In this document: in pieces, positions 18,121 through 27,829 of the stretch
Layout of the letters: each line of letters starts with the position of its first letter
How positions within the stretch are numbered: the stretch's first letter is position 1
Notes under the pieces: generated by a model
Told to the model about the DNA's origin: nothing
Database searches by the model: none
What the model saw: only the letters and a program-made list of their open reading frames with translations
Virus record (IMG/VR): IMGVR_UViG_3300007770_001284
Location: 124,001 to 188,000 of that record
Reading direction: 5' to 3' (one strand)
Length of the DNA: 64,000 nt
Translations under genes and position numbers: made by a program

Positions 18121-20118
18121 ATGGCTGATAAAGGAAACATGTTCCAGAGGTTAACAAACCTCTTTAGAGCAGGTCCTGTGGTTAAACGTCGAGTACGTAC
18201 ACAAGGCACTAGCGGCACTTCTTCTTCAGCGGCACTGTTTAAGCGAGCTCATAATGATGTCTACAATACGACCCTCAGCGCATACGGCTCGTTCGACAGG
18301 ATGTCCAGATATTCTGATTTTAGTGAGATGGAAGCCACTCCCGAGATCGCCTCAGCTCTGGACATATATTCAGAAGAAACAGTTAGTCCGGATGAGCATG
18401 GGCGAGTCTTGCATATCTTCTGTGAGAATGATGTTCAGAAAGAGCTGCTAGAAACACTTTTTTATGATACGCTAAATCTAGAATTTAATTTGGTGATGTG
18501 GGTTCGAAATCTCTGTAAATACGGTGATTTTTTTCTCTTTAATGATATTGATCCCGAATTTGGTATTATCAATGCTTATCCTATTCCAATATCAGAAGTA
18601 GAGCGAGAAGAAGGGTTTGATCCTGAGAATCCAGGTGCGGTTCGTTTTCGCTGGTTGACACAAGGGAATTCTACACTAGAAAATTGGCAATTAACACATT
18701 TTCGTCTTTTGGGCAATGATGCGTTTTTGCCGTACGGTTCTTCGGTTCTTGAATCAGCAAGACGAATTTGGCGTCAATTAATATTGATAGAAGATGCGAT
18801 GTTGGTTTATAGAGTTATTCGTTCTCCCGAACGACGTGTTTTTTACATCGATGTTGGAAACGTGCCTCCTGAAGATGTTCCAAATTATCTTGAGCAAGCC
18901 ACAAGTTCGCTGAAGCGCGCTCCAGTTATAGACAAGACCAATGGGAAAGTCGATCTCAGGTTTAACCCACTTAGCGTTGACGAGGATTATTTTATCCCAG
19001 TTCGTGGTGGTGAGTCGGGCACGAAGATTGAGTCATTAGCAGGTGGTGCTAACACCAGCGCGATTGAAGATGTAGAATATATTCAAAAGAAATTATTTGC
19101 TGCGTTGAAAATTCCGCGGGCATATCTTGGGTATGATGAAGACATTGGTGCGAAGGCAACCCTAGCACAAGAAGACATAAGGTTCAGTCGTACGATCCAG
19201 AGAATTCAGAAGACAGTGGTTGCTGAATTGAACAAATTGGCGATGATTCATCTTTTTGTTCACGGCTACGATGGAGAAGACTTAATTGATTTCGAGTTGA
19301 AATTATCAAACCCATCGAGCGTAGCGCAATTACAGAAGCTTGAGTTAATATCTACACGTTTTGACATAGCTGGAAAAGTACCAGAAGGCTTTTACGATCG
19401 TCGATGGGTACAAAAGAACGTATTGGGATTGACAGACAAGGTAATTGAAGAAATTATCGAGGGCAGAAAGGAAGATAAGTTAATAGACGCTGAAGTTGAG
19501 GCTTCCGGTGCCGCAGAAGGCGGCGACGAAGGCGGCGGCGGATTTGACATGGGCGGCGGCGAAGAAGCCGGTGGTGATGAGGGCGGCGGACTCTTTGCTG
19601 CTGATGAACCTGAAGGTCCGCTCTTGACTGCGCATCCTGCTGGTGGAAAAAATCGGCGTGCCACCAGTGATGACGAGGATGAGGACGAAGAAATTGACAT
19701 TTCCAGTCTTTCCATAGACGACCCTGACGCACCCCTAAAAGCACAAGCGTCTGTGAAAAAGGTTTTTGGAAAGCCCACTCCGGGTACCCAAGCAAAACGT
19801 GGTCCTCTCACGACGCACACACCAGACTTTAAAAAGATGGTAACTCATGGCCGTCCACAAGATTCGTTGCGAAAACCTTATGGCGAAGACTATCTTAAGC
19901 CCGCATTTGAGGGCATAGAATGGAATGAGCAGGATACTTACGAAAGTATGTCTAGAACTGTCAAACCAGCCATGACTCCCGAATTGAGGAGAGCGATGCA
20001 ATCGTTGTCGTCAATTTTGGCTCCTGAAGGTGGCGTTCTGTTGTCAGAAGCAGCAGAAAATGAGGAAGATTCATTCGACCTTGATGAATACGATGCCGGA
20101 GATATCGATGAAAGTTAA
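18121..20118 (+). CDS. gp20: portal protein (T4 gp20-like) with acidic/Gly-rich C-terminal extension
   Basis: MEATPEIASALD; LIEDAMLVYRVIRSPERRVFYIDVGNVP; EDYFIPVRGGESGTKIESLAGG; IEDVEYIQKKLFAALKIP. Confidence 0.95.
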   Translation: MADKGNMFQRLTNLFRAGPVVKRRVRTQGTSGTSSSAALFKRAHNDVYNTTLSAYGSFDRMSRYSDFSEMEATPEIASALDIYSEETVSPDEHGRVLHIFCENDVQKELLETLFYDTLNLEFNLVMWVRNLCKYGDFFLFNDIDPEFGIINAYPIPISEVEREEGFDPENPGAVRFRWLTQGNSTLENWQLTHFRLLGNDAFLPYGSSVLESARRIWRQLILIEDAMLVYRVIRSPERRVFYIDVGNVPPEDVPNYLEQATSSLKRAPVIDKTNGKVDLRFNPLSVDEDYFIPVRGGESGTKIESLAGGANTSAIEDVEYIQKKLFAALKIPRAYLGYDEDIGAKATLAQEDIRFSRTIQRIQKTVVAELNKLAMIHLFVHGYDGEDLIDFELKLSNPSSVAQLQKLELISTRFDIAGKVPEGFYDRRWVQKNVLGLTDKVIEEIIEGRKEDKLIDAEVEASGAAEGGDEGGGGFDMGGGEEAGGDEGGGLFAADEPEGPLLTAHPAGGKNRRATSDDEDEDEEIDISSLSIDDPDAPLKAQASVKKVFGKPTPGTQAKRGPLTTHTPDFKKMVTHGRPQDSLRKPYGEDYLKPAFEGIEWNEQDTYESMSRTVKPAMTPELRRAMQSLSSILAPEGGVLLSEAAENEEDSFDLDEYDAGDIDES

Positions 20119-20962
20119 ACATAACAAAAAGAGGAATGTAGGAGTTCTCTTCGCTCAATTATCCGAGTACATTTCCTCGGCATTAGTGGAGGGCCGAGAG
20201 CAAGATTCGCATGTTGCTCTAAGCATATTAAAGAGCCACTTTGTGAAGGGCACTGAATTACATCGAGAATTTCGATTATTTCGAGCTTTGGTAACGACTG
20301 AAGTACCCAGCCCCTCGTTGGCTGTCTCTATAATAAATGAAGCAAAGCAAGCTGCACGTAATATGAATATGACTAGATTACGACAAGAAAAGTCTGCCTT
20401 AATAAGAGACATAAATTATCGTATTGCAGAACCAGACTTCTACAGCAGAAGAGTTACAGAATATAAAGCTTTCGCAACAGTCCAGACGCTGTTGAATAAT
20501 TGGCGAAGCAGAGATCCAGATATAACTGTTACCACCAAGTTTGAGAAGTCTCTACACGAGCATCTGTTAAAAGAGAAAGCTACAACAGACCTCACTGCGC
20601 TAGCCACCCCGGATGTGAATAGGCTTGCCGTCCAGATTATGCAAGAAAAAATGCGTGAGCGTTTTGGAAAAGTGTTAAGTGAAGAACAAACGTTGTTGAT
20701 GAAGCAATATGTTTTTTCAAAACAAAAAGATTCATCAAGTGATATTTCTAACAAGCTCGTTGAAATTCAAAAGACGACCCTTGATAAGCTAACCTCGTTT
20801 GAGCGAGCATGCGAGAATGATATTTTGTGTGAGCAAATTGGTGGGGTAAAAGAAAAAATTAAGAATTTGTCTGCTCTTGAGGTAGATGACTCTGTTATAT
20901 CTCAATATTTAACGTTGATGAAACTCACCGAAGAGTTAACCGCGGGAGATGATAATGGCTGA
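20108..20962 (+). CDS. conserved hypothetical head protein (between portal and protease)
   Basis: The likely start MKVKHNKKRNVG at 20108 overlaps the portal stop. The upstream part of the 20030 ORF call is probably an artefact. Helical protein. Confidence 0.7.
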   Translation: MKVKHNKKRNVGVLFAQLSEYISSALVEGREQDSHVALSILKSHFVKGTELHREFRLFRALVTTEVPSPSLAVSIINEAKQAARNMNMTRLRQEKSALIRDINYRIAEPDFYSRRVTEYKAFATVQTLLNNWRSRDPDITVTTKFEKSLHEHLLKEKATTDLTALATPDVNRLAVQIMQEKMRERFGKVLSEEQTLLMKQYVFSKQKDSSSDISNKLVEIQKTTLDKLTSFERACENDILCEQIGGVKEKIKNLSALEVDDSVISQYLTLMKLTEELTAGDDNG

Positions 20963-21575
20963 ACTTAAGCTTTTGACAGAATGGGCCCCCTTTGAATATA
21001 CTAAAGAGCTCGTGGAACAATCTAAATTAGAAAATGATGGTAAGATTGTGATGAAGGGTGTATTGCAAAAGGCTGACACTCTGAATCAGAATGGTAGAGT
21101 GTACCCCCGCGCGATCTTAGATCGCGAGGTGCGAAATTATCAGAAATTTATTCAAGAGAATCGAGCTCTTGGTGAGTGCGATCATCCTGATAGCTCTGTT
21201 GTTGAATTGAAAAATGCATCCCATATTGTGAGAGAAGCGTATATGGATGGTGATATATGTTATGGAATTGTCGAACTTCTCGATACCCCAGCTGGTGAAA
21301 TTCTTCAGAAGCTTGTCGAAGCAGGAGTAACACTTGGGATATCCAGTAGAGGCGTTGGATCAACAAAGCGAAGTGGAGACACTGACGTTGTGCAAGACGA
21401 TTTTCAACTTATTTGTTGGGATTTTGTATCAGAGCCATCAACTCCTGGCGCATTTATGATGCGTGAGGGACGAGTAGTAAGACAGAATGAGTTAGATGAT
21501 GTGTTCAATCAATCAGATAGAATTTATAGAATGTTTAACGAAATATTAGAGTGGGGTGAAGACGATGAGCTCTAA
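20955..21575 (+). CDS. gp21: prohead core protease (T4 gp21-like)
   Basis: GVLQKADTLNQNGRVYP; ALGECDHP; ASH; GISSRGVGS; WDFVSEPSTPGAF. Confidence 0.95.
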   Translation: MAELKLLTEWAPFEYTKELVEQSKLENDGKIVMKGVLQKADTLNQNGRVYPRAILDREVRNYQKFIQENRALGECDHPDSSVVELKNASHIVREAYMDGDICYGIVELLDTPAGEILQKLVEAGVTLGISSRGVGSTKRSGDTDVVQDDFQLICWDFVSEPSTPGAFMMREGRVVRQNELDDVFNQSDRIYRMFNEILEWGEDDEL

Positions 21576-22122
21576 TTGGCCGAGCCCAGGTTTAGGACAT
21601 GCATCAGCATATCAAGTAAGTGGAACACCGTACGTTACGTCATCAGCAGACGATGAGTGCACAGCTTCGGGGAACGTTGTACAAATTAGTTTTCCTCGTG
21701 TGACTCGATGGTTTCAAATAGCAGTTAGTGGTTCTGACGCAACTTCTGGGAATTTACGTGTTGGATTTTCGCAAAACGGTGTTAACGGTCTTGGTGCGGT
21801 TACAGGATCAGTTCCCACCGGAGAAATACAGACGAATGGAACAGAAAAATATGTGACACCACAACCGGCGCCCTCAGCTGCTGATCAGCAAAACACCCAC
21901 AAGAATTATTTCGTTGTTGGGCCAAATGCTGGTGGGACTGCAGCGGGTGCTGGAATTGTGGGCGCACCTAGCGTTCGGTTTGAACTGGCTTGTACCGATC
22001 TTTTCTTAAGGTCAGACACCAGCGCCGGCGCATGCGGTTTTACAATTATTGCTGGCCTGACAGGCATATCTCGGGACCAGCTTAGTCTAACGGGCTCTTC
22101 TGGTTATCATGGGATTGGGTAA
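21565..22122 (+). CDS. hypothetical Gly-rich beta protein, possible capsid decoration/minor head protein
   Basis: GLGHASAYQVSGTPYVTSS N-terminal motif; beta-rich; located in the head module. Confidence 0.55.
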   Translation: MSSNWPSPGLGHASAYQVSGTPYVTSSADDECTASGNVVQISFPRVTRWFQIAVSGSDATSGNLRVGFSQNGVNGLGAVTGSVPTGEIQTNGTEKYVTPQPAPSAADQQNTHKNYFVVGPNAGGTAAGAGIVGAPSVRFELACTDLFLRSDTSAGACGFTIIAGLTGISRDQLSLTGSSGYHGIG

Positions 22123-22553
22123 TGGCTAAGGTATCACGTTCAACTTTGAAAACGCTGGTAAAAGAGTGTTTATTTGAGATTCTCTTGGAAGCAACAGGAA
22201 CAGAGGACTCTTTAAACGAAGATCGATCGGCAAAGCTGGTAGAGAGATCGAGGAAAACTGTCAAGAAGCAAAAGGTTTCCCGACCTGCATTGGATAATTT
22301 GAAATACGATACTCTTCCCCCACGACGACCGATCGATGTGCAAAATATCACTAGTGATCCGATAATGGCTGCAATTTTTGAAGACACTGCCGCGACGACG
22401 TTACAGGAGCAAGCTGAAGCCGAACAAGGCGCGCCTGTTGGTCGTGGTGATACCGCGACGAGAATAGTAGCTAATAACGATCCCACTGATCTTTTCGGTG
22501 GAGCAGCACAGAATTGGGCAACGCTAGCTTTTAGTGATTCGCCTAAAAAATGA
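22122..22553 (+). CDS. hypothetical head-module protein
   Basis: Coupled via TAATG. N-terminal helix TLKTLVKECLFEILLEA. Confidence 0.65.
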   Translation: MAKVSRSTLKTLVKECLFEILLEATGTEDSLNEDRSAKLVERSRKTVKKQKVSRPALDNLKYDTLPPRRPIDVQNITSDPIMAAIFEDTAATTLQEQAEAEQGAPVGRGDTATRIVANNDPTDLFGGAAQNWATLAFSDSPKK

Positions 22554-22601
22554 TAACAAACTAATTGAGCGAAATAAGTAATATTATTCCGGAGGATTCA
22601 A

Positions 22602-22874
22602 ATGGCAAGACCTACAAAACTTACACCCGCTCTTCTCAAGAAGCTTGTGCTTCAAGAAAAAAGAAGAATTCGAGAAACATTAGAGACTGGAGTGGAAGAC
22701 CCTGAGAAAGTAAAGGCTGAAGAGGTAGAGGGCGATGAGTACGCTGATTCTCTTGAGTCTGATATCGACTGGATGAAAGCTCTTAAAATTCATGAGCGTC
22801 GTCTGTACACGAAGCTCAAGCAAGTCCACGAACGTCGTACAAGATTGCGTCGTAAAATTCTAAAGAAACTATAA
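22602..22874 (+). CDS. hypothetical coiled-coil head-module protein
   Basis: GGAGG RBS; 90 aa. Confidence 0.65.
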   Translation: MARPTKLTPALLKKLVLQEKRRIRETLETGVEDPEKVKAEEVEGDEYADSLESDIDWMKALKIHERRLYTKLKQVHERRTRLRRKILKKL

Positions 22875-22888
22875 AGGAACTATAAAAA

Positions 22889-23365
22889 ATGCCTTCCCAC
22901 AAGCAAAATATGGTAGAAGCTGTTGTGACTGTCGCTGATTTAGGCAGCGCCGACACAACGACAATTCAAGCTAGTTTTCCTGCGTCTCCAATTTATCTCG
23001 GTGATTTAACTGACGATGGCGTGACAGAACAAGGCCAGGCTTTGCTATTAGACGGTGAAGTAAACGATGCTGGTCACACTTTCGGAGTATTCGAACGCGA
23101 TTATACTGAAGCACCTGATTATGGCGACGTCGAAAAAGGAGGTGGCGGTCTGCCTGCTTCTCCATGGGTACCGAACCCTGTTTCTCCTGGACCCGGTAGT
23201 ATGAATCCTGCTGACCAGGCCGATCCGCCTGATGGTTTTGGCCAGACGCCGAATGATCAATGGGGTTCTGGTGTTGGTTCTCAACTTACTCCAGCGGAAT
23301 CTTCCGCCGCGCAATCGACCATGACATTGGGCGATTACGTGATGGGTAAGGCACCGAGTCCCTGA
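22889..23365 (+). CDS. hypothetical Pro/Gly/Asp-rich protein
   Basis: AAGGA RBS; 158 aa; low-complexity C-terminal half. Confidence 0.6.
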   Translation: MPSHKQNMVEAVVTVADLGSADTTTIQASFPASPIYLGDLTDDGVTEQGQALLLDGEVNDAGHTFGVFERDYTEAPDYGDVEKGGGGLPASPWVPNPVSPGPGSMNPADQADPPDGFGQTPNDQWGSGVGSQLTPAESSAAQSTMTLGDYVMGKAPSP

Positions 23366-23371
23366 TTTATA

Positions 23372-23947
23372 ATGAGCAGTCCCGATAACCCGACAAGCAT
23401 AGGTTTACGTCCGGGACGTAGTTATGATGCTAAAAGAGACGCTGGCTACGGTCGAAGCTCGGATCGTTTTCACAAACAAAGAGTAAAGGGCGGAAATTTT
23501 CCGTACGCTGAGCCTGTTTCTTTTGATGATGAAATGTTTATTGAGGATGAAGACCTTATAAAAAGAGTCTTAAATAAAATGCGCGGTACTGCTGACTCGA
23601 CTGATTCGCTAAGTGGGCGAGCAGCCGATCGTTTTGCATTTCAGGGTGGTAACCGAAGAGTTGGTCCCGATTCCGGTTTGAATATAGAGGCAGCTGGTTC
23701 AGGGATGGTTCCTTTCCCGAGTATGTATAAAAACCGCCTGCAGGGCGGCGGCGGCGTAAACACACCGGCTGCATATAATCCAGGCCAATATTCTAGAACT
23801 GGTACATATCGAGGGTGGTCTCAAGCTCCAGTTACATCAGGCGATACTGTAAAATTTTCTGAGATTGAAGACGGCGAAGATCCAACAATCGTGAAACTTC
23901 GAAAAGTAATTGGTGATATTATTAGACAAGAAGAGGAAATTGAGTGA
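23372..23947 (+). CDS. hypothetical protein
   Basis: 191 aa, Gly/Arg-rich and probably disordered. C-terminal helix KLRKVIGDIIRQE. Confidence 0.6.
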   Translation: MSSPDNPTSIGLRPGRSYDAKRDAGYGRSSDRFHKQRVKGGNFPYAEPVSFDDEMFIEDEDLIKRVLNKMRGTADSTDSLSGRAADRFAFQGGNRRVGPDSGLNIEAAGSGMVPFPSMYKNRLQGGGGVNTPAAYNPGQYSRTGTYRGWSQAPVTSGDTVKFSEIEDGEDPTIVKLRKVIGDIIRQEEEIE

Positions 23948-23976
23948 TGCAGAATAGGAATATTCGTTTTAATTGC

Positions 23977-23983
23977 ATATTTA
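23977..23983 (+). promoter_or_regulatory. ATADTTA motif (putative late promoter element)
   Basis: ATATTTA, 24 nt upstream of the scaffold ATG. Confidence 0.5.
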
Positions 23984-24007
23984 GAATGTGCGTTACGGGA
24001 TAATATA

Positions 24008-25774
24008 ATGTCAACAAATCTCTACATGGAAGCGATTCAGGAGGCCCAGCAGCTTAAAGCTATGGCCGAGCAGAACGCTAAGAATAAGATTATAGAAGCT
24101 CTTACCCCGAAAATTCAAGCGATGGTAGAAGCTCAATTGTTGTCTGAGCAGCCAGATGATTTAGAAATTGATGAATTAGAAGACGACAGCCCGCTAGCGG
24201 ATGATGTCGTAGATGCTGTGGTTGACGACGTTGCCGTTGATGTAGGGGAAGTGGAAGCGCTTCCTGCCATTGATGATGTCGCTGTCGACCCCCTTGATCA
24301 AATGGAGCTAGAATTAATGGCTCCCGATGAATTAGTTGACGATGAGGATGATGTCGAACTCGACAATGATGCTTCTGTCGTCGTAAATGCTCAAGGAGAC
24401 GTGAACGTAAGCGTTTCCGAAAATTCTTCTCTCTCACGAGAGAGCGTTTCATCCAGGCGAAAGATGAAACGCAATAACTCTAAGTCTTCCAACGTAAATA
24501 AGCTGATTGAGAGAAATATACAGCTTCGACGGAAGGTTAAGAGAATGGATGCATTGTTGGAGGGGGTCGAATATCGTCGATTGTCCCGAAGGCAACGCGC
24601 TGTAATTAAAAAGTCATATACAAAACTTTTAGACGAAATGATCAATTTGCGTAGGGAGTCAATAGTTATCCCTAACAACAATGAGAAAAAGGTTCGTCTT
24701 GTACTTTTCGAAACTTTAAAGGAGATGAAACAAATGACTGACCGACGCAGCCGCGCCATTTTCAACCGTCTATTCGAGGCTGGAGATGGCATGGAAGAAC
24801 TAGATGAAATGGACCTCTTCCTAGCAGAAGAGGACCTCGATGATCTCGAAGGAGATGAAGCAGCTCTTGGAGATGAAGGAGTTGCTGACGAGGAAGCAGT
24901 GGAGGGTGAGGTCGAACTAGACGCCGCTCAAACTGCAATAGAAGACCTTGGCGTAGCACTCGGATTAGACGTTGTTGTCGAACCTGAGGGTGAAGTTGAA
25001 GACGAAGAAGGACTTGAGGACGAAGAAGGCCTCGAGGGTGAGGAAGATCTTGGAGACCTCGGTGAGGTTTATGAGATTGACCCCCGCATGCTTAAGCGTG
25101 AACTTCGACGCCTCCGTGCCCGTCGTCTCCAGGAGCAGGAAGTTGGCAGAGCAGCCGCCGCCGATCCAGCGCTTGCACACGGTGGAGATGATGAAGGTGA
25201 CGTTATTCTTGATGTTGATGAGGATGACCTTATTAACGCACTGGCTGATGAGCTTGGTGATCCTGGTGTTCCGACACCTGAGGTTGGTCCCCCGGTTCCT
25301 GCTGGTGATGCAATGCCGGAATCCTATCGTCGTCGTAGAGCAGCTCGTCGCCGCCGCGTAGCCGAAAGTCGTCGTAGAGCAGCAGCTCAGAGACGCTCAT
25401 CCGGCCGACGCACACAATCCGTATCCCGGAAGGTTACAGTTGAGAACAAAGTTCTTAAGCGTAAGCTTTCCGAAATGAATCTTTTTAACGCAAAATTGCT
25501 TTATGTGAATAAACTGATGCAAAATCGTAATGTAAGTTCGAAGCAGCAGCGTGCCATTGTCGAGGCTTTAGATAGTGCCAAGACCATTAGAGAAGCCAAG
25601 CTTGTTTATGACAGCTTGACTCGCTCACTTAAGAGAAGGTCCCTATCCGAGGGATCGTCAGGGAGAAGAGTTCTCGGTTCCGCATCCAGACCCACTCGCA
25701 GCGCAGGTAGCGTCGCAGAGGGTGCTGAGCACCAGGATCGTTGGGCAGTTCTTGCTGGCATCGACACCAAATAG
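24008..25774 (+). CDS. prohead core scaffolding protein (T4 gp22-like position)
   Basis: Immediately upstream of the MCP. Highly acidic, with coiled coils. C-terminal LSEMNLFNAKLLYVNKL...LDSAKTIREAKLVYDSL and DRWAVLAGI. Confidence 0.8.
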   Translation: MSTNLYMEAIQEAQQLKAMAEQNAKNKIIEALTPKIQAMVEAQLLSEQPDDLEIDELEDDSPLADDVVDAVVDDVAVDVGEVEALPAIDDVAVDPLDQMELELMAPDELVDDEDDVELDNDASVVVNAQGDVNVSVSENSSLSRESVSSRRKMKRNNSKSSNVNKLIERNIQLRRKVKRMDALLEGVEYRRLSRRQRAVIKKSYTKLLDEMINLRRESIVIPNNNEKKVRLVLFETLKEMKQMTDRRSRAIFNRLFEAGDGMEELDEMDLFLAEEDLDDLEGDEAALGDEGVADEEAVEGEVELDAAQTAIEDLGVALGLDVVVEPEGEVEDEEGLEDEEGLEGEEDLGDLGEVYEIDPRMLKRELRRLRARRLQEQEVGRAAAADPALAHGGDDEGDVILDVDEDDLINALADELGDPGVPTPEVGPPVPAGDAMPESYRRRRAARRRRVAESRRRAAAQRRSSGRRTQSVSRKVTVENKVLKRKLSEMNLFNAKLLYVNKLMQNRNVSSKQQRAIVEALDSAKTIREAKLVYDSLTRSLKRRSLSEGSSGRRVLGSASRPTRSAGSVAEGAEHQDRWAVLAGIDTK

Positions 25775-25801
25775 ACGCTACTTTCTAAAGGAGAAAAAAA
25801 C

Positions 25802-27709
25802 ATGTCTAAGAAGTTCACACTCGATCAACTGACGGAAGGTATCCGTCAGCGTCACATGGGCAGCCATGGACGTCGTTTGACAGAAAAGTGGACTCGGACC
25901 GGTCTCCTGCGAGGTCTCGACGGCGTCCATCGTGAAAACATGGCACAGCTACTCGAGAACCAGGCAGGTCAGATACTCCGGGAGCAAAACACTCTCGGTG
26001 GTGGTGGGATGAGCCCCTCCGCTTCATCTGGTGACATCCGAGGTTTCACTAACATCGCATTCCCAATCGTACGCCGAGTTTTCGGTGGGCTGGTTGCGAA
26101 TGAGCTAGTATCAATTCAGCCAATGAGCTTACCTTCTGGTCTGCTCTTCTATCTGGATTACACATATGGCACCAACATTGGTGGTACGGCTACCACAGGT
26201 ATCGGTACATCGTCCAAGTCGATCTACACGAAAGGTCAGTCCATATATAATAACCCCGTAGGTAAGGGTATCCAGTCTGGATCTCTTGGTACCGGTGGGC
26301 AGTATGACCTTGCTGGCTCTGGTTATTCTAGAGTCCACGCTCGTAGTAACATCACAACCGTCGCGAACGCATGCTTCGTACTTGGTAGTTCTGCTACACA
26401 GAGTCGTTCAACGTCTGCCGGCGGGATTGCATCTGCTGGTGCAGACGGTCGTTTCGCACAGTTTGATCCTACGGTCACAACTAAGGTTGATAGCGAGAGT
26501 GGCAAGTTCCGCTTCTTGGCTGTCAATCTCGGAGCACTGGGTTCCGACTTCGATCCTACCGCGGTTAAGGAATGTGCATTGTTACTAACCGGTACCGCTG
26601 GTTTCAACAGTACCTCAACGGACCTTGCTGTTCCTGGCGACATATACCAGGGCGGAGCGGGTGTGTATAACATCCGTCGTCTCAACCAGCTGATTACGTC
26701 ATCCTCTGCGGGTGGTGCAATCACAGCAGCTCCAATGGCCACGCGATCCACCTCTGGTGCAGCGTTGTTGATGGTACTTTCTGGTACCGCGTTGGGTAGC
26801 ACAGACCTGAAGGCCTTCTGCGTTTCGTATCCGAAGGGCAATAGTCTCGATGTTACATCTGGTGTTGGCGATACTCTTGTCGTGCCGGTGTTCGAGTCTG
26901 ATTTCGGTACATCACCGAAGCCTCAGATTCCTGAGATCGATATCAAGATTGAGAGTATCTCAGTCGTCGCTCAGACCCGTAAGTTGCGTGCCCGTTGGTC
27001 TCCCGAGCTTGCTCAGGACCTGAATGCCTACCACAGCCTGGACGCTGAGGTTGAGCTTACTCAGATCCTCTCCGAGCAGATTGCTCTAGAGATTGACCGT
27101 GAGATCCTTAACGATCTCTTGGTAGAAGCCGATACAGCTTATTACTGGTCACGTCAGCCCGGTCGTTTCGTCAACAAGAAGACTGGTGCTCTAGTCGAGA
27201 ATCGTTCAACCCAAGCAGGACATGCATCCTTTACTGGTACAGTCCGCGAGTGGTACGAGACTCTTGTAGAGACAGTTATCGATGTGGCGAACGAAATCCA
27301 TCGTAAGACCCTTAGAGGCTCTGCAAACTTCATGGTCGTAAGTCCTGATGTTGCTACTATCCTCGAGGCTTCTGTCCTCTATCGTCCTGCTTACACCCTT
27401 GATGGTGATGGCCAGGTCGCGGGCGGAATGACGTTGGGTTGTGAGAAGGTTGGTACGCTTAGCAATCGCTTCACAGTCTATAAGGATCCTTACTTCCCAC
27501 GCAACAAGATTCTTGTTGGGTACAAGGGTGGTAGCTATCTGGAGACTGGGTATGTGTACGCTCCGTATGTACCGCTAATCGTTACTCCCACTATCTTCGC
27601 TCCTGAGGATTTCACCCCCCGCAAGGGCGTGATGACTCGCTATGGTAAGAAGATGGTCCGTAACGACTTCTACGGCACAGTGACTGTCCAGAACATGGAC
27701 GTAATCTAA
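25802..27709 (+). CDS. gp23: major capsid protein (T4 gp23-like)
   Basis: IQPMSLPSGLLFYLD; TRKLRARWSPELAQDLNAYHSLDAEVELTQILSEQIALEIDREIL; GYKGGSYLETGYVYAPYVPL; PRKGVMTRYG. Strong AAAGGAG RBS. Confidence 0.97.
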   Translation: MSKKFTLDQLTEGIRQRHMGSHGRRLTEKWTRTGLLRGLDGVHRENMAQLLENQAGQILREQNTLGGGGMSPSASSGDIRGFTNIAFPIVRRVFGGLVANELVSIQPMSLPSGLLFYLDYTYGTNIGGTATTGIGTSSKSIYTKGQSIYNNPVGKGIQSGSLGTGGQYDLAGSGYSRVHARSNITTVANACFVLGSSATQSRSTSAGGIASAGADGRFAQFDPTVTTKVDSESGKFRFLAVNLGALGSDFDPTAVKECALLLTGTAGFNSTSTDLAVPGDIYQGGAGVYNIRRLNQLITSSSAGGAITAAPMATRSTSGAALLMVLSGTALGSTDLKAFCVSYPKGNSLDVTSGVGDTLVVPVFESDFGTSPKPQIPEIDIKIESISVVAQTRKLRARWSPELAQDLNAYHSLDAEVELTQILSEQIALEIDREILNDLLVEADTAYYWSRQPGRFVNKKTGALVENRSTQAGHASFTGTVREWYETLVETVIDVANEIHRKTLRGSANFMVVSPDVATILEASVLYRPAYTLDGDGQVAGGMTLGCEKVGTLSNRFTVYKDPYFPRNKILVGYKGGSYLETGYVYAPYVPLIVTPTIFAPEDFTPRKGVMTRYGKKMVRNDFYGTVTVQNMDVI

Positions 27710-27737
27710 AGTTTAGATAGTTCGTTCGTAAAAATCT

Positions 27738-27768
27738 GGCGGGGTCCTTTCGAGGACCCCGCCTTTTT
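27738..27768 (+). terminator. rho-independent terminator after the MCP
   Basis: 11-bp stem GGCGGGGTCCT / TTCG loop / AGGACCCCGCC, followed by T5. Confidence 0.9.
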
Positions 27769-27808
27769 AATTTCATCGTGATTGACATGATTTTTATGCT
27801 CTAGTTCT

Positions 27809-27815
27809 ATAGTTA
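27809..27815 (+). promoter_or_regulatory. ATADTTA motif (putative late promoter element)
   Basis: ATAGTTA just downstream of the terminator, 14 nt before the neck gene ATG. Confidence 0.5.
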
Positions 27816-27829
27816 GAACAGGGTGTGAT

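Noticed and set aside
20030-20107. Extended N-termini in ORF-track calls (20030, also 58467, 61366, 54032, 51028, 21556)
   Set aside because: The upstream portions overlap preceding genes or lack an RBS. Downstream ATGs (20108, 58506, 61405, 54047, 51064, 21565) fit better.
25000-25400. Short tandem DNA repeats (GAAGAAGG..., CGTCGTAGAGCAGC)
   Set aside because: They encode EDEEGL and RRRAA repeats within the scaffold protein; they are not mobile or CRISPR repeats.
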